Assembly: GCA_900315605.1 (NCBI GenBank)
Contig: OMZU01000003.1
Coordinates: forward strand, 12,057-76,056
Source of the DNA: an uncultured Eubacteriales bacterium
Lineage (GTDB): Bacteria; Bacillota; Clostridia; Oscillospirales; Acutalibacteraceae
Direction: 5' to 3'
Length of the DNA: 64,000 nucleotides
Shown in pieces: positions 18,458 through 25,991 of this stretch. The notes beneath the pieces are model-generated. The model saw nothing but the letters and a program-made list of their open reading frames with translations, was not told the DNA's origin and made no database searches. The translations under genes were made by a program, and so were the position numbers. How positions within the stretch are numbered: the stretch's first letter is position 1; every line of letters starts with the position of its first letter.

Positions 18458-19659
18458 TGATTTATAATTCAGATTGTCTTGAAGTAATGAAAGAGCTTGC
18501 AGATGCTTCTATTGATATGATATATCTTGACCCGCCGTTTTATTCCCAAAAAAAACATTCCTTAGCAAATTCAAAAGGAAAAAAATATGAATTTTCAGAT
18601 ATCTGGACATCTTTAAACCAGTATTTAGATTTTATGAGAGTTCGTATTACAGAAATGAAAAGAATACTGAAGCAAAACGGCAGTATCTTTCTTCACTGCG
18701 ATACATCAGCCTCACATTATTTGCGCATATTGCTTGATGATATTTTTGGTCAAAACAATTTCAGAAGTGAAATAATTTGGTCATATAAAAGATGGTCAAA
18801 TTCCAGAAAAGGGTTGTTGCCTGCACATCAAACTATTTTTTACTATACAAAAGGGAAAAGCTACAAATTCAACAGAATACTTCGTAATTATTCTGCAACA
18901 ACAAACATAGATCAAATTTTGCAGGAAAGAGAAAGAAATAAAACAGGAAAATCCGTTTACAAGCGCGACGAATTCGGCAAAATCGTTGCTGCCAAAGAAA
19001 AAAAGGGCGTACCGATTTCAGATGTTTGGGAAATACCGTTTCTGAATCCAAAAGCAAAAGAAAGAACAGGATATCCAACTCAAAAACCGATCGAATTGCT
19101 GGAAAGAATCATTAAAATCAGCACGGACGAGGGAGATTGTGTTTTAGATCCTTTTTGCGGAAGCGGAACAACTCTGGTAAGTGCCAAATTATTGGGTCGT
19201 AAATATATCGGAATCGACATAAACAAAGATGCTGTTGACATTTCGCAAAAAAGGCTTGAAGAACCCTACAAAACCAAGTCTGTTTTATTGCAGGTCGGAG
19301 AAGACGCATATAAAACCAAAACAGAAGAAGAGCTTTCAATTTTAAAGCAATTTGACTGTGAAATCGTTCAAAGGAACAAGGGCATTGACGCATTGTTAAG
19401 GAAGCACTACTTTAACCGTCCTGTTGCCGTAAAAATACAGCGAGCCCATGAATCTTTTTTTGAAGCTGTCAATTTACTGAATAATGCAAGTATAAAAAAG
19501 GGGTGCAGCTATGGAATATTGATCACATATGAAACAAAACGGAGCGATCAATACAGCATTCCTTCAAATATCATTATAATAAATCGTTACAGCGCACAAA
19601 TCGAAATGGAGTTGAAAGAAAGAGTGATAAGCGTAATCAAACAGGCAGCAAGCGAATAG
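18457..19659 (+). CDS. Beta-class amino (N4-C/N6-A) DNA methyltransferase with C-terminal extension
   Basis: YLDPPF motif IV before YPTQKP and DPFCGSGTT motif I; TGATG coupling to the REase. Confidence 0.92.
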   Translation: MIYNSDCLEVMKELADASIDMIYLDPPFYSQKKHSLANSKGKKYEFSDIWTSLNQYLDFMRVRITEMKRILKQNGSIFLHCDTSASHYLRILLDDIFGQNNFRSEIIWSYKRWSNSRKGLLPAHQTIFYYTKGKSYKFNRILRNYSATTNIDQILQERERNKTGKSVYKRDEFGKIVAAKEKKGVPISDVWEIPFLNPKAKERTGYPTQKPIELLERIIKISTDEGDCVLDPFCGSGTTLVSAKLLGRKYIGIDINKDAVDISQKRLEEPYKTKSVLLQVGEDAYKTKTEEELSILKQFDCEIVQRNKGIDALLRKHYFNRPVAVKIQRAHESFFEAVNLLNNASIKKGCSYGILITYETKRSDQYSIPSNIIIINRYSAQIEMELKERVISVIKQAASE

Positions 19660-19850
19660 ACCTTTCAAAGCTGCACTTATGAATGCATAAGAGTAATTAT
19701 GCTTCAACGTACCGTTCTTCACCGGCAACTGAGTAAATGCCGGTGGACACTACATATCTGCCCATCCAAACCATACCGATAAAAACAACTATAATAAACG
19801 GTAAGGGCAGGCAATTTCATGTTAATCAAAATAGATGTTTTCTACATAAT

Positions 19851-19885
19851 AAAAACGCCGGGCAAAAAGCCCGGCTTTGGTTTTA
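19851..19885. terminator. Terminator between R-M operon and convergent nucleotidyltransferase
   Basis: gccgggc aaaaa gcccggc hairpin with tails. Confidence 0.75.
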
Positions 19886-21040
19886 CATCTTTTTTACTAG
19901 GTTGATTTCGTTGATAAGGTTTTTTCTTCTTTTTGTTATGATGTCAAAGCCTCTGACAAAAACCAGAAACGGTCTTGCCGCCTTGTGCTTGTAGAAAAAC
20001 GGATAGGTTTTTCTGTAGAGCTCCGCCGGCGGAAACAGTCTGTACATTGCGTATTTCAGCTTTGAGCTGCCTTCCTTGTCACCGGAAATCTTTTTGAAAT
20101 TGTTTTCAATATACAGATCTTCCGTACCGTAAACGCCCGAAATAATCATCCTGTCAAGCAGGTCGGCTTCCTCTTGGGTTAGCTTGACCTGTCCGTTGAG
20201 CGCGCTTTCCGAAAACAGCTTAACGGAAAGCTTTCTCATGAGCTGTTCCTCGTCATAAACGCCGAGCTTTTTGAACTCGCCTTCTATATACGCAAAATCA
20301 ATATTGCTTTTGTTGATGCAGACGTACAGATCTACAAGCGTGCGCAGTCCCGTGCCGCTGTAACGGATGTGCTTTACGGCGTGAACCACAAAATACACAT
20401 AGAAATCATTATCATTAAAGCGATACTCGTACTCCTTGCCCTCTACCCTTTCGAGTCTGTCCTGCTTTACATTTTTGTAGTAATCGTACCATACCTCTTG
20501 CTTGTTATCAACAAGAGCCCTGTGCATTTCAAAGTTATATACAGGCTGCTTGAAATATATATCCTCGTCATTTCCGTTGAAATCCTCGGTTTTGTAGCCG
20601 TTGGCGTTCATCAAATCCCTGACAAGCTCCGCCTTTTCCGGATCAAAAAGCACGTCAACATCCGAGCAACGTCTCAGCAAAGGATTGGGATAATAGTTGC
20701 TGATAATATAGCCCTTTAGCGGCATGTGCCAGACTTTGTTGTTCTCCAAAAGCGCGAGAACGTTTTGGCGTTCGGCATTAAAGAGCATGTTTGTGCGAAT
20801 GGTCTGGTTTCTCTTTTCTTCCCAAGCACGAGCCTGAGCCTCCGAAAACAGCGAGCGGTCATTCAGCGCGCTGCCGAGAGCCTCGGCAATAACAGCAGCC
20901 AGGCTGTGCACCTCTGCCTGCTCCATAAGATCGTCTGCGTCAAGTCCGCTGAGCATTGCAGGATCGGCTTTCTTGCCGTTCATGGTGCAGCAGACCAGAT
21001 ACAAAATAAGGCTGTAGGTTTTTGATGAAATGTTCAGCAT
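19883..21040 (-). CDS. Uncharacterised nucleotidyltransferase (NTP_transf_5-like)
   Basis: MPLKG, YP...R.CSDVDVL, FEMHRAL, H..KH....GTGLR.LVD. Confidence 0.88.
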   Translation of the reverse strand: MLNISSKTYSLILYLVCCTMNGKKADPAMLSGLDADDLMEQAEVHSLAAVIAEALGSALNDRSLFSEAQARAWEEKRNQTIRTNMLFNAERQNVLALLENNKVWHMPLKGYIISNYYPNPLLRRCSDVDVLFDPEKAELVRDLMNANGYKTEDFNGNDEDIYFKQPVYNFEMHRALVDNKQEVWYDYYKNVKQDRLERVEGKEYEYRFNDNDFYVYFVVHAVKHIRYSGTGLRTLVDLYVCINKSNIDFAYIEGEFKKLGVYDEEQLMRKLSVKLFSESALNGQVKLTQEEADLLDRMIISGVYGTEDLYIENNFKKISGDKEGSSKLKYAMYRLFPPAELYRKTYPFFYKHKAARPFLVFVRGFDIITKRRKNLINEINLVKKM

Positions 21041-21060
21041 TTTTTATCCCTCAGATTGTT

Positions 21061-21095
21061 AAAGGGCAGCAATGAGTTTTTAGAGGTGCCCTTTA
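21061..21095. repeat. Solo end of family C element
   Basis: gtttttagaggtgccct at 21076-21092 is the exact reverse complement of 55135-55151. Confidence 0.7.
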
Positions 21096-21149
21096 GATTT
21101 TGGCACTCCGCAGGGAGCGAAGCTTGGCAAAGGCTGCATATGCTTGCCT

Positions 21150-21614
21150 TTACTTTCCGCGAAGCTTGTTTATCAGCTTGTGAATCGGAATCCAAATATA
21201 TTTTTTTACAAATATCCTTACAGGGGTCAAAAACATCCAGATACTGACATACCAAAGATAGCCCTTGTCCGTCACGCTGTGCCTTTTGCCCTTGTGAACA
21301 AACTCGGTCATAACGGCGATGACCTGATCTTCTTTGACGTCCGGCTCCTTTACAAGAAGGTTGTCGCCGAGAAAATCATAGCCGTTGTCCTTGACCTTGA
21401 TGATTCTGTGGAGAATATATTTGTGCTCGGGACCGACATACATTGCCACGTCGTATTTTTTGCATCTGGTGTTTTTATCCTTCTTTTTGAGGATGACCAT
21501 ATCCCTGCCCTGCTTGATAAGCGGCAGCATACTAACGCCCTGGTTGGCATAGGTCAGCTCGCCGTAGGTATCAAGATATTCTTCAAAGCTCATTTTGTTA
21601 GCTGTAGGATCCAT
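21150..21614 (-). CDS. S24/S26-family peptidase-like protein
   Basis: GVSMLPLI serine motif, ILHRII, GDN. Confidence 0.85.
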   Translation of the reverse strand: MDPTANKMSFEEYLDTYGELTYANQGVSMLPLIKQGRDMVILKKKDKNTRCKKYDVAMYVGPEHKYILHRIIKVKDNGYDFLGDNLLVKEPDVKEDQVIAVMTEFVHKGKRHSVTDKGYLWYVSIWMFLTPVRIFVKKYIWIPIHKLINKLRGK

Positions 21615-21619
21615 AATTA

Positions 21620-22363
21620 TCAGTCTTTCATTCCGTTATAAGCAATTCTCGCCGCGCTGCGCTTCATGTTGCAGCCCAGTTTATAAAAATCAACGTGTTT
21701 TGAGAGTGTGTTGAGAAGCTGCATAGTCTTTGCGATTTTCTGCGGACTGCTGCTGCGGTAGGTTTGCTTAAAGAGCACCGGAAGCATTTCTTCAAAGGAA
21801 ACCTTTTCAATGTGAGTTTCTTCGGCACGGCTGAGCGAGCAAATCGCCTTTAGCGGAAGGATTATATTCTCGCCGAGATTGTGCTTTCCGTTCCAGGGTG
21901 TTCCGCAGATCCTAACGCCGTCCTCGCGAATAATGATAAGCGGCTTGTCGTCGTTTACGGTAACGACCTTGTGGCCCATTTCGGGAAGCACCCTGCGCCA
22001 AAGCTCGCCGTGGGTAGATTTTCCCGTTCCACTGGGAGCGGTGAAAAGAAATGTCTGACCGTCAACCGCGATCGCGGAGCCGTGGAAGAGGATGGTGTCT
22101 CTGTCAAACATCGCTTCGGCGATTTGACGGTAAAGTGAAAGGGGCTCAAAATAATCGTCATCATACGTAACGAGCTTTTCACGCGGGATCTCGGTCGTCT
22201 CTTCGGCGCGAGTACGCTCGTAGTCGATATCCTCCTGAGTTACGGTGATCTCGATATCCGGTTCGGCGTCGGTCAAATAATCGCTGCAATAGTCTTTTGT
22301 ACTCTCGTGCAAGCAGGTGACGCCGATTGCTGTTTCGGCTATGTTAAAAGTGAATTTTACCAT
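21620..22363 (-). CDS. HprK-related P-loop kinase
   Basis: FHGSAIAVDG, FTAPSGTGKSTH, NDDKP, GTPWNGK. Confidence 0.8.
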   Translation of the reverse strand: MVKFTFNIAETAIGVTCLHESTKDYCSDYLTDAEPDIEITVTQEDIDYERTRAEETTEIPREKLVTYDDDYFEPLSLYRQIAEAMFDRDTILFHGSAIAVDGQTFLFTAPSGTGKSTHGELWRRVLPEMGHKVVTVNDDKPLIIIREDGVRICGTPWNGKHNLGENIILPLKAICSLSRAEETHIEKVSFEEMLPVLFKQTYRSSSPQKIAKTMQLLNTLSKHVDFYKLGCNMKRSAARIAYNGMKD

Positions 22364-22774
22364 ATAATAAACCTATCCTAAAAATATAAAATTTGCAAAA
22401 CGCATTTTTGCGCATTATCGTTATTTATTTTACATCTTTTGGGATGTCTTGTCAACCTTGACAGAAAAATGTTTTGAAGTTTTGTAACTCGTCAAACAAA
22501 TCGACGGTCAATACTCAAAAAGCTTTGTCAAAATGCACAAAGAAAACCTGCGGCAACTCCGTCCGCTTTGGGGCAAATTTTCGAGGCAATTGTGAGAATT
22601 GCATAATAAAGCATAGTGACTTTTGTAAAAATCACAGACTAAGCCCTTATAATTTCGTCTGAATTACCAAATTACGCCCCTGATTTTTTGTCATTTTTTC
22701 TACTGTACTAACCCCAACAATTATTGTATAATATAAACAGCATATCAATCTAAGTGCTAAAGGAGTTTTTAAAA

Positions 22775-23524
22775 ATGAAATTTGATAATGTACTTGCCGA
22801 AAGAAAAAACAAGGTGATCTACCGCGACGGAGATCTTGCGGCAAAGGTTTTTGACGAAAGCTTTCCAAAGTCGGACATTCTTAACGAGGCTCTTAACCAG
22901 GCGAGAGTTGAGGAAACAGGACTCAATATCCCCAAGGTTGAGGAGGTCACAAAGATCGACGGCAAATGGGCGATCATATCAACATATATCGAGGGCAAAA
23001 CCTTGAAGCAGCTTATGGACGAAAATCCCGACAAAATCGACGAATATCTTGAGCTGTTTGTAAACGTTCAGATCGAGATCCTCAGCAAAAAATCTCCTCT
23101 GCTCAACAAGCTCCACGACAAGATGAACCGCAAGATCAGCGAGACCGATCTTGACGCCACAACGCGCTATGACCTGCACACACGCCTTAACGGTATGCCC
23201 AAGCACACCAAGGTTTGTCACGGCGACTTTAACCCATCTAACATCATTATTGCCGAGGACGGCACCCCTTATGTGCTCGACTGGTCGCACGCAACTCAGG
23301 GCAACGGCGCGGCTGACGCGGCAAGAACATATCTTTTGTTCCGTCTGAAGAATGAGGACGAGATCGCCGAAAAGTATATGAAGCTCTTCTGCGCAAAAAC
23401 AGACACCGCGCGCCAGTATGTAAATCAGTGGCTGCCGATCGTTGCAGCTTCTCAGTCGGTAAAGGGCAACCCCGAGGAGCGCGAGTTCCTGCTCGGTTGG
23501 GTCGGCGTTTGCGATTATCAGTAA
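22775..23524 (+). CDS. APH/choline-kinase-like phosphotransferase, substrate unknown
   Basis: HGDFNPSNII Brenner motif, VLDW; AAGGAG RBS before ATG 22775. Confidence 0.85.
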   Translation: MKFDNVLAERKNKVIYRDGDLAAKVFDESFPKSDILNEALNQARVEETGLNIPKVEEVTKIDGKWAIISTYIEGKTLKQLMDENPDKIDEYLELFVNVQIEILSKKSPLLNKLHDKMNRKISETDLDATTRYDLHTRLNGMPKHTKVCHGDFNPSNIIIAEDGTPYVLDWSHATQGNGAADAARTYLLFRLKNEDEIAEKYMKLFCAKTDTARQYVNQWLPIVAASQSVKGNPEEREFLLGWVGVCDYQ

Positions 23525-23550
23525 TTTTTATTTTGTTATTTAAAAATAAT

Positions 23551-23592
23551 TGGCGGCTTGAAGTTCACATGAGCTTCAAGCCGCCGTTTTTT
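23551..23592 (+). terminator. Intrinsic terminator of phosphotransferase gene
   Basis: ggcggcttgaag...cttcaagccgcc followed by T run. Confidence 0.88.
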
Positions 23593-23620
23593 ACCGTTGT
23601 TCACCAAATAAGTATTTTAC

Positions 23621-23880
23621 TGAAGACTGAAAACTGAAAAACCGATAAATGAATAATGACGGTCGTGAAGACAGAATTAATCTATTATAAATGTTTGTTC
23701 CCGATAATATTTATATTAAATAAACAAAACATTACCAAAACACGTCGCAGGGGAAACCTGTTAAGGTGAAAATTTATTCATAAAATATAAATACAGTCGG
23801 GAAGAAAGGCTTCTTCTTAACAAAACCTTTCTTCCCGACATTCATTATTCATTTACCGGTTTTTCAGTTTTCAGTCTTCA
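23621..23880. mobile_element. 260-bp AT-rich element bounded by 39-bp inverted repeats (family B)
   Basis: 23621-23659 vs reverse complement of 23842-23880: 38/39 identical. Confidence 0.7.
23796..23839 (-). terminator. Long hairpin, likely terminator of pyk-aroK, inside the family B element
   Basis: gtcgggaagaaagg...cctttcttcccgac. Confidence 0.75.
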
Positions 23881-24376
23881 TTAATTCCCTAACTACCGCT
23901 TCGACCGTGCTTTCTATGCTTTGCTCGCCGCCCGGGACCTCAACGGTCAGGTCGGCGTATTTTTTGTAAAGCGGCAGACGGTTGTTATAAACGTCAAGCA
24001 GAGTTTCGTTTTGATTAAAAGTGATCCCGCGCGTGGTTATGTTTGTCACCCTGCGCTCGATTTCCTTGTAGGGAACGTCGATATACAAAATTTTGCCCAG
24101 CCTTGAAAGGTGAGCCATTGCCTTTTCGCTCAGCACCATTGAGCCGCCTGTGGCGACCACCATATGGTCGCAGTCAAGCGTTGAGCCGACTTGTTCTTCA
24201 AGCGAAAGAAAAAAGTCCAGTCCGTCCTCGCTCAGTATTTTTTGAAGCGGCTTTTCCGCTTTTCGGCTTATTATCAGGTCGGTGTCAACAAACGAATAGC
24301 CCAGCGATTTTGCAAGCAAAACCCCCACAGTGCTCTTGCCCGAGCCGGGCATACCTATTAAAATAACGTTGCTCAT
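23864..24376 (-). CDS. aroK: Shikimate kinase
   Basis: LIGMPGSGKSTVG, FVDTD, VVATGGS, R.PLY. Confidence 0.93.
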   Translation of the reverse strand: MSNVILIGMPGSGKSTVGVLLAKSLGYSFVDTDLIISRKAEKPLQKILSEDGLDFFLSLEEQVGSTLDCDHMVVATGGSMVLSEKAMAHLSRLGKILYIDVPYKEIERRVTNITTRGITFNQNETLLDVYNNRLPLYKKYADLTVEVPGGEQSIESTVEAVVRELMKTEN

Positions 24377-24377
24377 A

Positions 24378-25820
24378 TCACAAAATCCTTATGTTTAGCG
24401 AATCGGTGCTTGAGGTCGGGATCGTCTTGTTGCTCGAAAGCACCACGACCGTGTCGCCCTTTTTGACAAGACCTGTTTCCATCGCCTTTTCCATTGCCTG
24501 CTTTGTGATAGCGTCCGAGGTCAGCTTTTCTTCGCCGATCAGCGCAGTCACGCCCCAGTTGAAGCAAAGCTTGCGGCAGACTATCTGAGATGTTACGACC
24601 GCGATCACGGGAACCTCGGGGCGGTAATGAACCATGGCGCGTGCAACCTTGCCGGTCGCGCTTTCAACAATGATCGCCTTTGCTCCGACCTCGTCGGCTA
24701 TAATCTTGGCGGCGCGGCAAACGCTTCCGCGGATCACATTTGAATCCTTAAAGGAATGTTCGCTGATATATTGATGAAGAGCGGCAAATTCTCCGTTGTT
24801 CTCCGCCTCGGTGCAGATCGCGTCCAGAGCCTTGACGCTTTCGACCGGGTATTTTCCGGCGGCGGATTCTCCGGAGAGCATGACCGCGCTTGTTCCGTCA
24901 TAAACCGCGTTGGCAACGTCGCTTATCTCCGCTCTGGTGGGGCGGGGCGAGGTGGTCATGCTTTCGAGCATCTGCGTTGCGGTGATAACATATTTGCCCT
25001 TTGCGACCACCTTGCGGATAAGGGTCTTTTGGATTTCGGGCAGCTTTATGAATGGGATCTCAACGCCCATATCGCCTCGGGCAACCATGATCCCGTCGGC
25101 GCAGTCTATTATTTCGTCCATATCGTCAACGCCGCTCTGGTTCTCGATTTTGGCAATGATCTCAACATATTCAAACCCGATGCTGTCTATAAAATCTCTG
25201 AGCGTGCGCACGTCCTCGTGGTTTCTGACGAAGGAAGCCGCAACAACGTTTGCGCCGTGAGAAAGACCGAATTCAATATCCTTTCTGTCCTGTGCGCTTA
25301 CATAGGGCATGTTGATATGATAGCCGGGAATGTTGATGCTCTTGCGGTTTTTGAGCACGCCGCCCTTGTTGACGGTGCAGACTATGCTTTCGGGGGTGAC
25401 CTCCTTGACGATAAGCGAAATCATTCCGTCGTCAAGCAAAAGCTCTCGCCCGATGGCTGTTGCTCCCTCGGCATAAAAAAGAGAGATCAGCTTTGGATAA
25501 GATATGCCCACTCCGACCTCGTCGCCCTCGTCGCGCTCCTTAAAGAGAGTGAACTCGCCGCCGTCCTCAAGCGTGGTCGAGCCGTTTTTGAAGGTAGTCA
25601 CCCTAACCTCGGGACCCTTTGTATCGAGCATGATCGCTATGTTTTTTCCGCTCTCGCTAATAGCCTCGCGGATCGTGGCAAAAACCTTTTCAAGCGCGTC
25701 ATAGGTTCCGTGCGACATGTTGACCCTGGCAACGTTCATTCCGGCGTCAATCATTTTCAGCAGAGTTTCTTTTGTGCTGCAGGCAGGTCCTATGGTACAA
25801 ACGATCTTGGTTTTTCTCAT
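24378..25820 (-). CDS. pyk: Pyruvate kinase
   Basis: RKTKIVCTIGP, LDTKGPEVR, IIAKIEN, GIMVARGDMGVE, ATQMLESM, VMLSGESA. Confidence 0.98.
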   Translation of the reverse strand: MRKTKIVCTIGPACSTKETLLKMIDAGMNVARVNMSHGTYDALEKVFATIREAISESGKNIAIMLDTKGPEVRVTTFKNGSTTLEDGGEFTLFKERDEGDEVGVGISYPKLISLFYAEGATAIGRELLLDDGMISLIVKEVTPESIVCTVNKGGVLKNRKSINIPGYHINMPYVSAQDRKDIEFGLSHGANVVAASFVRNHEDVRTLRDFIDSIGFEYVEIIAKIENQSGVDDMDEIIDCADGIMVARGDMGVEIPFIKLPEIQKTLIRKVVAKGKYVITATQMLESMTTSPRPTRAEISDVANAVYDGTSAVMLSGESAAGKYPVESVKALDAICTEAENNGEFAALHQYISEHSFKDSNVIRGSVCRAAKIIADEVGAKAIIVESATGKVARAMVHYRPEVPVIAVVTSQIVCRKLCFNWGVTALIGEEKLTSDAITKQAMEKAMETGLVKKGDTVVVLSSNKTIPTSSTDSLNIRIL

Positions 25821-25872
25821 ATATTTCATTCCTTTCGACAGGTTCGTAGTCAATGATATACTATTATAGTTA

Positions 25873-25929
25873 TTATACAATATTTTTATTGTGATTTCAA
25901 TATTTCTATTGTGATTTCAATATTTTTAT
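25873..25929 (-). promoter_or_regulatory. pyk promoter TTGAAA-17-TATAAT embedded in a 20-bp tandem repeat
   Basis: caatattt(t/c)tattgtgattt at 25878 and 25898 plus partial third copy at 25918. Confidence 0.7.
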
Positions 25930-25944
25930 AAAAAACTACAGGCA

Positions 25945-25985
25945 AAAAATTGGCGGAGAGCTTTCGCCCTCTGCCGCTTTTGTTT
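25945..25985 (-). terminator. Terminator after CotH paralogue 2; shares core with 28659-28700
   Basis: ggcggagagctttcgccctctgcc hairpin. Confidence 0.7.
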
Positions 25986-25991
25986 AGCTTA

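Noticed and set aside
19665-19752. Short similarities (aagctgcact, tgccggtggrcact) to 28566-28610
   Set aside because: Only 10-14 bp and in different order; may be chance
22775-23524. Aminoglycoside resistance gene
   Set aside because: Only the generic phosphotransferase motif; chromosomal context with host-like composition and no mobile marks
24756-25856. 366-aa plus-strand ORF
   Set aside because: Fully antisense to pyk, no motifs or RBS; a shadow ORF expected from GC-rich third positions
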